Origin: Thermoanaerobaculia bacterium
GTDB taxonomy: Bacteria; Acidobacteriota; Thermoanaerobaculia; UBA5066
NCBI GenBank assembly: GCA_963816185.1
Contig: CAWFJJ010000030.1
Location: forward strand, 96,001-160,000
Reading direction: 5' to 3'
DNA length: 64,000 bases
This document shows positions 49,871-60,301 of this stretch, one piece after another. The translations under genes and the position numbers were made by a program. Under the pieces are notes generated by a model that made no database searches, was not told where the DNA came from, and saw nothing but the letters and a program-made list of their open reading frames with translations. The stretch's first letter is position 1. Each line of letters starts with the position of its first letter.

Positions 49871-50898
49871 TCCCCTGCTCCCTTGAGGAGACCCGCTTTC
49901 CGGGCGAGGCTGCGGACGAGACGCGCCGTCTCCGGCAGCCGGCGGAACTCGACGTGCGATTTCTGATAGGCGCGGTACGCGAAGGCGGGCGTCCCGTGGA
50001 GCGCTTCGCCATCCGGCACGTCCGCGCCGATGCCGCTCTGAGCCTGCGCTTTCACGCCGTTTCCGACCGCAATGTGGCCGGCGACGCCCACCTGCCCGCC
50101 GAGAACGACGCCATCTCCGACGACGGCCGAGCCGGCCACACCCACCTGCGCGCAGAGGACGTCGTGACGGCCGATGCGCACGTTGTGGCCCAGCATGACG
50201 AGGTCGTCGATCTTCGTGCCGGCGCCGACGGACGTGGTCTCGAGGGCTGCGCGGTCGATGCATGTGTTCGCGCCGACCTCGACGTCGTCGCCGATCGTGA
50301 CGCCGCCGACCTGAGGAATCTTCACGAGGCCCTTCTCCGTCGTCGCATAGCCGAACCCGTCCCCGCCGAGGATGGCGCCACTGTGGATCTCGACACGCTC
50401 CCCCAGAACAACGTCGTCGTACAGAACGACGTGGGGATGCAGCCACGAGCCCGCGCCCACCCGGCATCGGGCCCCGATGACTGCGTGAGCGCCTAAGATC
50501 GTGTTCGCCTCGATGCGCGAGTGGTCTCCGACGACGGCATAAGGACCGACCTCCGCGGACGGGTCGACGAGCGCGCCCGCATCGATCACGGCGGTCGCGT
50601 GAATGCCGGGCCGCGGAATCCGCGCCGGGTGAAAAAGGCGCAGCACGGGAATGAGAGCCGCGGACGGATCCGGAACTTCGATGACCGTCCGGCCGAGGAA
50701 GGCGGACGCCGACCGCGCCAGCAACGCGCCCGCCGCGGAGGCGGCCGCGCGCGGCAGGGCCCGTTCCTCGTTCACGAACGAGAGCGCGTCTTCGCCCGCG
50801 CCCTCGAGGGAGCGCACGCCGGAGAGTCTCCGTTCCCCATCGCCGACGACGCGTCCGCCGCAGGCGGCGGCCACTTCGGCGACGGAGAAGGACGCCAC
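49867..50898 (-). CDS. lpxD: UDP-3-O-acylglucosamine N-acyltransferase
   Basis: GGDGFGY, KIPQVGGV, GANTCIDR, KIDDLVMLGHN. Confidence 0.96.
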   Translation of the reverse strand: MASFSVAEVAAACGGRVVGDGERRLSGVRSLEGAGEDALSFVNEERALPRAAASAAGALLARSASAFLGRTVIEVPDPSAALIPVLRLFHPARIPRPGIHATAVIDAGALVDPSAEVGPYAVVGDHSRIEANTILGAHAVIGARCRVGAGSWLHPHVVLYDDVVLGERVEIHSGAILGGDGFGYATTEKGLVKIPQVGGVTIGDDVEVGANTCIDRAALETTSVGAGTKIDDLVMLGHNVRIGRHDVLCAQVGVAGSAVVGDGVVLGGQVGVAGHIAVGNGVKAQAQSGIGADVPDGEALHGTPAFAYRAYQKSHVEFRRLPETARLVRSLARKAGLLKGAGE

Positions 50899-50906
50899 GA
50901 CGGACG

Positions 50907-51524
50907 TTACTTCTTCGGGGCTGCCGGGGCCGCGGGCTTCGGCGCGGCGGCGGGCTTCGCCGTCGCGGGTGCGGGCGGCGCCGCGATCTGCGAGTTGAAC
51001 TTCGTGATGACGGCCTCCGTCAGGTCGACGGTCTTGTCGTCGGCGAAGAGCAGCCCGGAGTTGAACTTGTTGAAGACGAGGGCGTAACCCTGCTCGCGCG
51101 CGACCTCGTTGATGATGGGCATGATCCGCTTCTCGAGCTCGCCGAGCTCCTTGCGCTGCGATTCCTCGAGCTCGCGTTGCGCGTCGTCTTGGAAGCGCTT
51201 CAGATCGAGCGCTTTCGTCTGATACTCCTTCTGGAGCTTCTCCATCGCGTCCTCGGACAGGGACTTACCCTGGTCCTGAATCTTCTGCTCCATGTCCCGC
51301 AGCTCTTTCTGGCGCTTCTGCAGGTCTTCCTGCTTGGCCTGCTGGACCTTCTGGACGCGGGCCAGGCTTTCCTTGCCGATGGCAGATTCCTGGACGATCT
51401 TCTGGACCTCGATCACGCCGATCTTTCCGCCGGGCGTGTTCGCGGAGGGGGCTTGCGCGGAGGCGCCGCCGGCGAAAACTCCGAGGGCGAGGGCGCCGGC
51501 CGCGAGGGTGACGATGCGATTCAT
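50907..51524 (-). CDS. skp: Skp/OmpH periplasmic chaperone
   Basis: Signal peptide, KIGVIEVQKI, coiled coil, VDLTEAVI; between bamA and lpxD. Confidence 0.93.
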   Translation of the reverse strand: MNRIVTLAAGALALGVFAGGASAQAPSANTPGGKIGVIEVQKIVQESAIGKESLARVQKVQQAKQEDLQKRQKELRDMEQKIQDQGKSLSEDAMEKLQKEYQTKALDLKRFQDDAQRELEESQRKELGELEKRIMPIINEVAREQGYALVFNKFNSGLLFADDKTVDLTEAVITKFNSQIAAPPAPATAKPAAAPKPAAPAAPKK

Positions 51525-51601
51525 GGATGGAACTCCTTCGTTGGTTTTGGCCCCGGGTGAGGACGCCGAGTCCACGGAAACGGGGATCATACTGGAAATG
51601 G

Positions 51602-54220
51602 CTAGAACGTCGTCCCGATGGAGAACGCGAAATCCGTTCGGGACTCGGGCTGGATCACGTTACCCGCCTGGTCTTTGATGTCCTTCGGCGAGAGGTTGAT
51701 GCCGTAGATGAACCGCAGGGGTGCCTGGAAGATCGGCAGGAGGATCCTCATCTCGAGACCCGTCGACTTCCGCAGCGCTCCCAGGTCCGGGGATTGGCCC
51801 TCGAGCCACGTGTTCCCCGCGTCGAAAAAGAGCGCGACCTTGAGAGGGCCGGCCAGGGTATAGACGTATTCGGAGTTGAAGACGAGGAATCGGTCGCCCC
51901 CGATGAGCGCCCCGGCGCTCGTGAAGAACGCCTTGTTCTGGCTGTCCACCGGGAAGATGGATCCGAATTTGAAGCCGCGCACGGATCGGTCTCCGCCGAG
52001 GCGGTACCGCTCGAAAAGAGGGATCCGGCTGTCGTAGCCGATCTCGGCGGGGTCCTGTGCGCCGCTGTAGGCTCGAAGCAGACCGAGGTCGAGGTTGAAC
52101 GCGAAGTCGCCCCTCTTCCCGAAAGGGATGTATTTCGTAGCGTTCGCGCTCAGTTTGAAATATGAAAAGTCGCCTCCGAAGGGGCCTCCCGCGATCGAAA
52201 GCGAGACTCCGAACTTCGTTCCGCGGGTCGGATCGAACGGATCGTTGCGGCTGTCATAGCGGTACCCGGGCGTGACCGCCGACGTCTTGCCGGCATACGT
52301 CGCGAACGCGGTGGGCACCGTCCCGGCTCCCGGGGGGGGCGGGGGCGGATAGACCTGGTACGTGCTCGTCTGGTCCGTAAACCCGTAGAAGATCGACGCG
52401 AGGTCGAAGAGCCCCAGCCCGTACCCGAACGAGACGCTCGCACCCTTGCTCTTCTCGTCGAGGCCTCCCGCGACGTCGCTGTAGTCGAGGGTCCGGTTGA
52501 ACACCGAGCCGCCGACGGACATCCGCTGGTCGAGGAACCACGGCTCGGAGAACGAAATGTCGAAAAAGTTCGAGCGGTTGCCGCGCTGGAACTGGAGACC
52601 CAGGGTGTCGCCCCGGCCGAGGAAATTGCGCGTCGAGAACTGGAACTGTCCGAAGAGGCCGTCGAGCTGCGAATAGCCCGCTCCGAACTGGACCTCGTTG
52701 CGATTCGTGTCCGTCCCCTTGATCGAGACGTCGACGGTCTTCTTTTCCGAGTTGACCCGGAAATCCGGGTCTTCCTCGATCTTGTAGTAGCCGAGCTGCG
52801 TCACCTTGAACAGGCTCTTCTTGAAGGTCTCCATGTCCATGATGTCGCCTTCGAAAACCTGCAGCTCGCGTCTCAGCACCTTGTCGCGCGTCGTCTTGTT
52901 GCCCGTGAACTCGATCCGGCCGAGCCGGTACTGATCGCCCTCGGTGACCTTCACGGCGACGTCCACGACGTGGTTCGGCTTCTCGGTGTTCTCCGGATTC
53001 ATGAAGACGTAGATGTAGCCCCGGCTGCGGTAGATCGCGTCGATCGCCTTCATGCCGTCCGCGATCACGGCCCGGCTCATCGGCTTTCCGGGCTTGTACG
53101 GGAAGAACCGCTCGAGCGCTTCCGGCCTGAACACCGTCGACCCCTCGACGGTGACTTTGCCGAAGTAGAACCTCTCTCCCTCGACGATCGGGATCGTCAT
53201 CCTCACACGCCTCTTGATCTTCTCCGGGCGCTTCTCGGAAGGGTTTGTCACGAACACGTCGAGGATGGGATCCTTGATGACGACGTCCTTGTAGCCGACG
53301 TCCTGATAGCGCTTGCGCAGCGCCTCGACGTCCTCCTCGTACCCCGCCTGGTTGTACGTGGACTTGCTGTCGAAGAAGCGCCACCAGTGCGCCTGCTTCG
53401 TCTTCTTGAGCGTGTAGCGGAGCTTCGTCTGCCCGAAGACCGTGTTGCCCGAGAACTTGATCGATTCGATCTTGATCTTGTCGCCTTCATCGATCAGGAA
53501 GACGATGCGGCGCTGAAGGTCGGAGACGTTCTCGGTCGTGGCGTCGACCGCGGCGGAGCGGAATCCTTCGGCCTTGTATGCGTCGAGAAGAACGGTCTTG
53601 GCTTTCGCCACGTCGCGCAGCGAGACCGGCGCGCCGACGCGGATCTCGGCCTTTCCTTCCTTGAGCTTGTCCTTGAGCTGCGAAGTCGTGAGCTTCTTGT
53701 TGCCTCGGAACTCGAGGTCCGCGACGGTGGGCCGTTCCACCACGGTCGCGACGATCACGACGCCTGCGGGGGACGTCTCCTTTTCCAGCGTCACGTCTTC
53801 GAAGAGCCCGGAATCCCAGAGCTTGTTGAAATTCCGCTTGATGAGGTCTTCGTCGTAGGGGTCGCCGACTTTGACGCCGAGATAGAAGCCGACCGTCTCG
53901 GGAGCGGTGGTCTTTCCGCCGTGCACGACGATCTGCGCGATCTTCGGCCTGTTCGCGGAGGCCGCGGGCTCGGGCGCGATCGCCACGGACGCTTTCGGCA
54001 TCGTGCCCGTGAGCGGCGACTCGGGCCGGGTCGCGCCGAAGATGCTTTCGCCGGCGGCCGCGGGAGAGGGCGTGGGCGTCGGAGTCGGCGCCTGCGCGTG
54101 GACCGTCTCGCGACCGAGAAAGACCGCCAGAACCCCTGCGAGAGCTCCCGCCCGTATGAAGCGCACGGATCGACCCGACGCTGACCCGGCGGTACCGCCG
54201 GACGGGTGATTCAGGGGCAC
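51602..54220 (-). CDS. bamA: Outer membrane protein assembly factor BamA (start uncertain: 54166 or 54220)
   Basis: POTRA repeats (GNKTTRDKVLRREL), SVRGF, terminal FSIGTTF. Confidence 0.96.
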   Translation of the reverse strand: MPLNHPSGGTAGSASGRSVRFIRAGALAGVLAVFLGRETVHAQAPTPTPTPSPAAAGESIFGATRPESPLTGTMPKASVAIAPEPAASANRPKIAQIVVHGGKTTAPETVGFYLGVKVGDPYDEDLIKRNFNKLWDSGLFEDVTLEKETSPAGVVIVATVVERPTVADLEFRGNKKLTTSQLKDKLKEGKAEIRVGAPVSLRDVAKAKTVLLDAYKAEGFRSAAVDATTENVSDLQRRIVFLIDEGDKIKIESIKFSGNTVFGQTKLRYTLKKTKQAHWWRFFDSKSTYNQAGYEEDVEALRKRYQDVGYKDVVIKDPILDVFVTNPSEKRPEKIKRRVRMTIPIVEGERFYFGKVTVEGSTVFRPEALERFFPYKPGKPMSRAVIADGMKAIDAIYRSRGYIYVFMNPENTEKPNHVVDVAVKVTEGDQYRLGRIEFTGNKTTRDKVLRRELQVFEGDIMDMETFKKSLFKVTQLGYYKIEEDPDFRVNSEKKTVDVSIKGTDTNRNEVQFGAGYSQLDGLFGQFQFSTRNFLGRGDTLGLQFQRGNRSNFFDISFSEPWFLDQRMSVGGSVFNRTLDYSDVAGGLDEKSKGASVSFGYGLGLFDLASIFYGFTDQTSTYQVYPPPPPPGAGTVPTAFATYAGKTSAVTPGYRYDSRNDPFDPTRGTKFGVSLSIAGGPFGGDFSYFKLSANATKYIPFGKRGDFAFNLDLGLLRAYSGAQDPAEIGYDSRIPLFERYRLGGDRSVRGFKFGSIFPVDSQNKAFFTSAGALIGGDRFLVFNSEYVYTLAGPLKVALFFDAGNTWLEGQSPDLGALRKSTGLEMRILLPIFQAPLRFIYGINLSPKDIKDQAGNVIQPESRTDFAFSIGTTF

Positions 54221-54225
54221 CCCGC

Positions 54226-56652
54226 TTACCGGCCCGTACCGACCGGCTCGGGAGCTCGAACCTGAACCTTGAGCTCGTCTCCTGATACGGTCACTTCGAC
54301 ACACTCGATAGGCTCTTTAGAGCCGATGAGCAATTCCGATACCGCATCCTCGACGTGCCGTTGAATGGTCCTGCGCAGCGGCCGCGCGCCCGAATGGATG
54401 TCGTGCCCCGACGCCTTGAGGAGCCAGTCCACGGCGGCTTCGTCCACGACGAGCCTCAAGCCGCGATGCTTCAGAGTCATCCCGACGTCATCGAGAAGCA
54501 GTCGGCCGATGCCCCGGAGCTCCGCGAGCCCCAGCGGGTTGAACACGATGATCTCGTCGATGCGGTTGATGAACTCCGGCGAGAACTCGCGCCGAAGCTC
54601 TTTGAGGACCATGTCCTCGATCTCGCGCTTCTCGGGGGCGTTCTTCGTGTCCCCGAAGCCCATGCGGCTGCCCGTGACGAGGAACTTCGTCCCCACGTTC
54701 GAGGTCATGATGATGAGCGTGTTCTTGAAGTCGACGACGTTTCCGTACGCGTCCGTGAGCTGTCCGTCCTCGAGAATCTGCAGGAGAAGATTCGCGATGT
54801 CCGGATGGGCCTTCTCGATCTCGTCGAGGAGGATCACCGAGTAGGGCTGGCGCCGGATGCGCTCCGTGAGCTGGCCGCCCTCCTCGTGCCCCACGTAGCC
54901 GGGGGGCGACCCGATGAGCTTCGAGACGGCGTGCTTCTCCATGTACTCGGACATGTCGAATCGCACGAGGGCCTTCTGATTGTTGAAGAGGAATTCGGCG
55001 AGCTGGCGAGCGGCCTCTGTCTTGCCGACGCCGGAGGGCCCGAGAAAAATGAACGATCCCATCGGCCGGTTCGGGCTCTTGACCCCGAGGCGCGAGCGGC
55101 GGATGGCGCGGCTGATTGCCTCGAGCGCGCGATCCTGACCGATGACGCGCTTCTTGAGGGACTCCTCCATGTGGAGGAGCTTCTCTGCTTCCTCCATCTG
55201 GAGGGACGTCACCGGGATCCCCGTCCAGCTCGAGATGATCTCCTCGACGTCCGAACGGTTCACGTCCACTGGTTGCCCGTCGTCGAGAGCGGAGGTCTTC
55301 GTGTGCTCGATCTCCTCCTTGATCTCGATCTCGCGTTCGCGCAGGAAGACGGCCCGCTCGAAGTCCTTTTCCGAGATCGCCTTCTTCATGTCCTTGACGA
55401 TCCCCTTGATCTCGCCCTCGAGGCGCCTCAGGTTCTGGGTGTCCGCCGTCTTGCGCAGCTTCACCTTCGCGCCGGCCTCGTCGAGGATGTCGATGGCTTT
55501 GTCCGGGAAGAAGCGGTCCGGAATGTAACGGTTCGCCTGGTAGACGGCCGTCTTGATGGCGTCCGCCGTGTAGTGCACGCGGTGGAACGTCTCGTAGCGC
55601 TCGCGGACTCCGTCGAGGATCCGGAGCGTCTCTTCCTCGTCCGGCGGAGCCACCATGATGGCCTGGAAGCGGCGAAGGAGGGACCGGTCCTTCTCGATGT
55701 ACTTGCGGTACTCCTTCAGCGTCGTCGCGCCGATGCAGGAGATCTCCCCGCGCGAGAGCGCGGGCTTGAGGATGTTCGCGGCGTCGAGCGAGCCTTCGGC
55801 CGAGCCCGCGCCGATCAGCGAGTGGATCTCGTCGATGAAGACGATGAGGTCGAGGTTCTCCTTCAGCTCCTTGAGGATGCCCTTGAGGCGCTCCTCGAAC
55901 TGGCCGCGGTACTTCGTGCCCGCGACGATGAGCGAGAGGTCCAGGGCGAGGATCTTCCTCTGCGCGAGGAACAGAGGAACGCCGCCCTCCACGATGCGCT
56001 GCGCGAGGCCCTCGACGATCGCGGTCTTGCCGACGCCCGGCTCGCCGAGAAGGATCGGGTTGTTCTTCGTACGGCGCGAGAGGATCTGAATGATCCGCTC
56101 GACCTCCACGTCGCGCCCGACGAGCGGGTCGAATGCTCCCTGCTGCGCGAGCGCGGTCAGGTCGCGCGCGTACTCGGCCAGGAACGGCAATTCCTTCTTC
56201 TGCTTCGACGCCTCGCGCTCCTTGATCAGCGCGATCGTCTCCTCGCGCACGCCGTACAGGTTGAAGCCGTGCGACATCAGGATGCGGCCCGCGACGCACG
56301 GATCCACGCGGAGGATGCCGATGAGGAGGTGCTCCGTGCCGACGTAGGGATGCATCATCGACTCGGCCTCGTGCGAGGCGTAGGCGAGGATCTTCTTGGA
56401 CTCCTCCGAGAGCGGCAGCTCCTGGGTGGAGGAGACGCGCTCGACGAACACGCGATCGCCCTCGATCTCCCGGCGGATCTCGTCGGGCTTCACGTTGAAG
56501 CGGGCGAAGATCTCCTTGATGATCTCTTCGCCCTCGCGGAGGACCCCGAGCAGGATGTGCTCGGACTCGATGACCTTGGAGCCCAGCTTCGAGGACTCGT
56601 ACCGGGCGAAGAACAACGCCCGGCGCGCCTTCTCGTTGTATTTTTCGAACAT
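54226..56652 (-). CDS. clpC: ATP-dependent Clp protease ATP-binding subunit (ClpC-like)
   Basis: Clp N repeats, [17 protein letters not shown]-like middle domain, [16 protein letters not shown]. Confidence 0.93.
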   Translation of the reverse strand: MFEKYNEKARRALFFARYESSKLGSKVIESEHILLGVLREGEEIIKEIFARFNVKPDEIRREIEGDRVFVERVSSTQELPLSEESKKILAYASHEAESMMHPYVGTEHLLIGILRVDPCVAGRILMSHGFNLYGVREETIALIKEREASKQKKELPFLAEYARDLTALAQQGAFDPLVGRDVEVERIIQILSRRTKNNPILLGEPGVGKTAIVEGLAQRIVEGGVPLFLAQRKILALDLSLIVAGTKYRGQFEERLKGILKELKENLDLIVFIDEIHSLIGAGSAEGSLDAANILKPALSRGEISCIGATTLKEYRKYIEKDRSLLRRFQAIMVAPPDEEETLRILDGVRERYETFHRVHYTADAIKTAVYQANRYIPDRFFPDKAIDILDEAGAKVKLRKTADTQNLRRLEGEIKGIVKDMKKAISEKDFERAVFLREREIEIKEEIEHTKTSALDDGQPVDVNRSDVEEIISSWTGIPVTSLQMEEAEKLLHMEESLKKRVIGQDRALEAISRAIRRSRLGVKSPNRPMGSFIFLGPSGVGKTEAARQLAEFLFNNQKALVRFDMSEYMEKHAVSKLIGSPPGYVGHEEGGQLTERIRRQPYSVILLDEIEKAHPDIANLLLQILEDGQLTDAYGNVVDFKNTLIIMTSNVGTKFLVTGSRMGFGDTKNAPEKREIEDMVLKELRREFSPEFINRIDEIIVFNPLGLAELRGIGRLLLDDVGMTLKHRGLRLVVDEAAVDWLLKASGHDIHSGARPLRRTIQRHVEDAVSELLIGSKEPIECVEVTVSGDELKVQVRAPEPVGTGR

Positions 56653-56666
56653 GTCAGTTGACCGTT

Positions 56667-57389
56667 TCAACCCCTCGAAGAGAGCGGGAGGGCGCTCCCC
56701 ACGACATCGCTCAAACCCTCTTCTCCCAGCAATTTGATCGTAGCACAGCGACGCGCCCACTCCGGGTCGTGAGTCACGACGATCGCGGCTCCGGCGCGCT
56801 CTTTCGCAACCTCGGCCAGGAGCTCGAAGACCTGGGTCGCGTGGGCGGCGTCGAGGCTCCCCGTGGGCTCGTCACAGAGGAGGAGCCGCGGTCGCCTCAC
56901 GACCGCGCGTGCGATCGCGACGCGCTGCCTCTCGCCGCCCGAGAGAGTCCGCGGAAAGGCGGCCGCACGGCCGAGAAGGCCCACACGGTCGAGAACCTCG
57001 CGCGCGACGCCGCGGCCTTCCTCTTCGGTTGCCCCGGCGAGGAAGAGCGGAAGCGCAACGTTCTCCTCGGCCGAGAGCTCGGGAAGAAGATGGTGGAACT
57101 GAAACACGAAGCCCACGCTCGCGCCGCGCACGGCCGCGCGTGGGGCCGGCCCGAGCGCCGCCCAGTCCGCGCCGTCGAGCGTGACGCGGCCGGCGTCGGG
57201 CGTGTCGAGCCCGGCGAAAAGGTGGAGCAGCGTCGACTTTCCGCAGCCCGAAGGCCCCGTGATGGCGAGAAGATCGCCCGGCCTCACGGCGAGCGAAACT
57301 CCGCGGAAGACCTCGACCCGCGCCTCGCCTGCCCCGAACCCCTTCGCGAGGCCCTCCGCGACGAGCAAGGCCGCCGCTTCAGGCCCCAC
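56667..57389 (-). CDS. lolD: LolD-type ABC ATPase
   Basis: [41 protein letters not shown]. Confidence 0.85.
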   Translation of the reverse strand: MGPEAAALLVAEGLAKGFGAGEARVEVFRGVSLAVRPGDLLAITGPSGCGKSTLLHLFAGLDTPDAGRVTLDGADWAALGPAPRAAVRGASVGFVFQFHHLLPELSAEENVALPLFLAGATEEEGRGVAREVLDRVGLLGRAAAFPRTLSGGERQRVAIARAVVRRPRLLLCDEPTGSLDAAHATQVFELLAEVAKERAGAAIVVTHDPEWARRCATIKLLGEEGLSDVVGSALPLSSRG

Positions 57390-58524
57390 GGAGGGCCTCC
57401 ACGGCACTCTGGCGCGCGGCGGTGCGGGCGGGCACCGTCGCCACGACGAACGCCCACAGGATCGACAGCACCGCGACCGCGCTCACGTCGAGAGGATCGA
57501 CGCGGAAGGGTGCGTGGCTCATCCCGTAGAGCTGCGCGGGCAGAGGAATGAGGCCGAGCCTCTCGAGCAGGAAAGATGCCGCGACGCCGAGGAGAACTCC
57601 CGCGAGCGTGCCCGCCATCCCAACGCAGCCCCCTGCGACTCGAAAGACCTTCTCCACGATCCTCGGAGACGCCCCGAGCACCGAAAGGACGGCGGCGTCC
57701 CCCGCGCGCGTCGCCGCGAGGACCGCCGACGTGGCCGCCAGGTTCAGGCCCGCCACGATCACGATCAGGAAAACAGCCGCGAACAGGACGAAGCGCTCGA
57801 GCCTCAGTGCGAGGACGAGGGCCCGGTTCTGCTCTTCCCACGTCGTCACGGCAACGGAAGGCCCGAGCGCGGCCGCCACGGCCTCTGCGCCGGCCTTCGC
57901 GTTCGTCGGATCCTTCAGGATGACCTCGTAGCCGGTCGCCCCGTCCGGGCCGAGCGCGAAGAGGCGCCTCGCCTCGTCGAGCGAAAGGCTCGCCTCGGCG
58001 GCGCGACGCCCGGTGGACGAGGGTGCGAGGGCGGTGATTCTCAAGGTCGAGACGATCGGCACCGGGCCGAGCGGCGAGAGCCGCGCGCGCGACGAGACGA
58101 GAGTCACGGTTTCTCCCGGCACGACGCCGAGCGGCCGGGCCTGGGCCACGTCGAGCACGAGCCCTTTCGTTTTCTCGCGACCCACGACCTCCGCCGGAGC
58201 GGCGTCGCGCCCCATCGACACCCACACACGGCCGCGCACGACGGGCGACACCGAGACGACGCCGGCGATAGCCGCGAGCTTCCCGGCGATCCGGTCCACG
58301 TCGTGGAACGGGCCGCGGCCGGCAGGCGTCACGAGGAGATGCGGCGTCTCGGCGAGAAGCCGGCTCCTCACGTGCGTCTGAAACCCCGCGAGCAGCGCGA
58401 GTGACACGACGAGTGCCGCGACTCCGAGCGTGAGCCCGCAAAAAGCCGCGAGGGCGACGACCCCCACCTGCGCATCGCGCCGCGACGCGAGGAGATAACG
58501 CTTGGCGAGAAAGAAAGAAATCAA
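57379..58524 (-). CDS. LolC/E-type ABC permease
   Basis: FLAKRYL…LGVAALVVSLALLAGF; FtsX-like C-terminus; lysS-lolC-lolD synteny. Confidence 0.85.
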   Translation of the reverse strand: MISFFLAKRYLLASRRDAQVGVVALAAFCGLTLGVAALVVSLALLAGFQTHVRSRLLAETPHLLVTPAGRGPFHDVDRIAGKLAAIAGVVSVSPVVRGRVWVSMGRDAAPAEVVGREKTKGLVLDVAQARPLGVVPGETVTLVSSRARLSPLGPVPIVSTLRITALAPSSTGRRAAEASLSLDEARRLFALGPDGATGYEVILKDPTNAKAGAEAVAAALGPSVAVTTWEEQNRALVLALRLERFVLFAAVFLIVIVAGLNLAATSAVLAATRAGDAAVLSVLGASPRIVEKVFRVAGGCVGMAGTLAGVLLGVAASFLLERLGLIPLPAQLYGMSHAPFRVDPLDVSAVAVLSILWAFVVATVPARTAARQSAVEALRGA

Positions 58525-58608
58525 GAGAAGAGGATTTTCTTAGGGGGAAAAGAGAAGAGGAAGATCTTCTTAGAAGGGGAAGAGGGCGCAGGCCACCTGC
58601 TGACCTTT

Positions 58609-60240
58609 CTAAGCATCTTTATCTTTCTTCGGTCTCATCAATGGAAACAAAATCACGTCGCGAATGGACGGCGAGTTCGTGAAGAGCATCGCGAGGCGGT
58701 CGATGCCGACGCCTTCGCCCGCCGTGGGCGGCATCCCGTACGAAAGCGCCTCGACGTAGTCCTCGTCGTAGAGCATCGCCTCCTCGTCGCCCTTGCCGCG
58801 CTCTTTCACCTGTGCGCGGAACTTCTCCGCCTGCTCGTCGGGGTCGTTCAGCTCTGAGAACCCGTTCGCGACCTCCATCCTCCCGATGAACAGCTCGAAG
58901 CGGTCGGCGGTATCCGGGTCGCCCGGCTTCGTCTTCGAGAGCGGCGAAATCTCCGCCGGATAGTCGACGATGTACGTCGGCTGCAGGAGCCGTTTCTCGA
59001 CGACGGCGCCGAAGATTTCGGCGAGGAGCTTCCCTTTCGAATCGCCGAAACGCTCGACGGACTCCACGCCATAGCGTTCGGCTGTTTTTCTTAGAAGGTG
59101 GAGGTCGCTGAGGGTCTCACGAGTGACGGCGGGGCGCTCGCCCGCCCGCACGGGACCATTCGAAGAAATCTTCTCTTCTTCTTTCTTCCTGTCTTCTTCC
59201 GCCGCCGGGATGTTCTCGAGAATCGCGTCCACCATGGAGATCCGCTTGAACGGCGCCTTGAGCGAGATCGTCTCGTTGCCCCACTCGAGCTCGGTCGTCC
59301 CGAGGATCTCCCGCGCGGCGCCCGTGAGAAGCTCCTCCGTGAGCGCCATCTGGTCTCGCGCGTCGGCGTAGGCCGTGTAGAACTCGAGCATCGTGAATTC
59401 GGGATTGTGGTGCGTGGAGATCCCTTCGTTCCGGAAATTGCGGTTGATCTCGTAGACCCTCGGGAAGCCGCCGATGACGAGCCGCTTGAGATAAAGCTCG
59501 GGAGCGATGCGCAGGAAGAGGTCTAGGTCGAGCGCGTGGTGATGCGTCACGAACGGGCGCGCGGCCGCGCCCCCCGCGAGCGTCTGCATCATCGGCGTCT
59601 CCACCTCGACGAAGCCGCGCGCGTCGAAGAAGCGGCGAATGAACCCCACGATCTTCGCCCGGATCTCGAACGTCCTGCGCGTCTCCGGCGAGACGACGAG
59701 GTCGACGTAACGCTGCCGGTACTTCCGCTCGACGTCCGTCAGGCCGTGCCATTTTTCCGGCAGCGGCCGCAGGGACTTCGAGAGGAAATCGAGGGAGCCC
59801 GCCCTCACGGACAGCTCTCCGGTACGGGTCCGGAAGACCGTTCCGGCGACTCCCACGTGGTCGCCGAGGTCGAGCTGCTCCAGAAGGTCCCAGTCGCCCG
59901 GGCGAAGCGCGTCCTTCTTGAGGTAAGCCTGCACGCGGCGGACGCCGTCCGAGAGATCGAGGAAGGTCGCCTTCCCCATCTTGCGGATCGCGAGGATGCG
60001 GCCCGGCACGCGCACGAACCGCTCGGCTGAGGGTTCAGCGTCGAGGGCGGCGGCGTCCAGGGGCGACCACCTCGCGACGACGTCCGACACGAGATGCGTG
60101 GGATCCCAGCGATTCGGGTACAGCGCGCGCCCGAGGGCCGCGATGCGCGCGCGCGCGGCGCGGCGGTTCGCGATCTGCTCGGGGAGCTCGAGCTCCCGGG
60201 GAGGTACCGGCGGGGCGGCGGCTTTAGGAGTTTCGGCCAT
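58609..60240 (-). CDS. lysS: Lysyl-tRNA synthetase class II, with a ~25-30 aa insertion
   Basis: YRQRYVDL, LRIAPELYLKRL, RNFRNEG, HNPEFTMLE, GMPPTAGEGVGIDRL. Confidence 0.98.
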   Translation of the reverse strand: MAETPKAAAPPVPPRELELPEQIANRRAARARIAALGRALYPNRWDPTHLVSDVVARWSPLDAAALDAEPSAERFVRVPGRILAIRKMGKATFLDLSDGVRRVQAYLKKDALRPGDWDLLEQLDLGDHVGVAGTVFRTRTGELSVRAGSLDFLSKSLRPLPEKWHGLTDVERKYRQRYVDLVVSPETRRTFEIRAKIVGFIRRFFDARGFVEVETPMMQTLAGGAAARPFVTHHHALDLDLFLRIAPELYLKRLVIGGFPRVYEINRNFRNEGISTHHNPEFTMLEFYTAYADARDQMALTEELLTGAAREILGTTELEWGNETISLKAPFKRISMVDAILENIPAAEEDRKKEEEKISSNGPVRAGERPAVTRETLSDLHLLRKTAERYGVESVERFGDSKGKLLAEIFGAVVEKRLLQPTYIVDYPAEISPLSKTKPGDPDTADRFELFIGRMEVANGFSELNDPDEQAEKFRAQVKERGKGDEEAMLYDEDYVEALSYGMPPTAGEGVGIDRLAMLFTNSPSIRDVILFPLMRPKKDKDA

Positions 60241-60301
60241 CGGGCCGATTAAACCATCGACGCGTCCGGCGGGGTTGTGGTCCGAGTCTTCCCCGTTTCC
60301 T

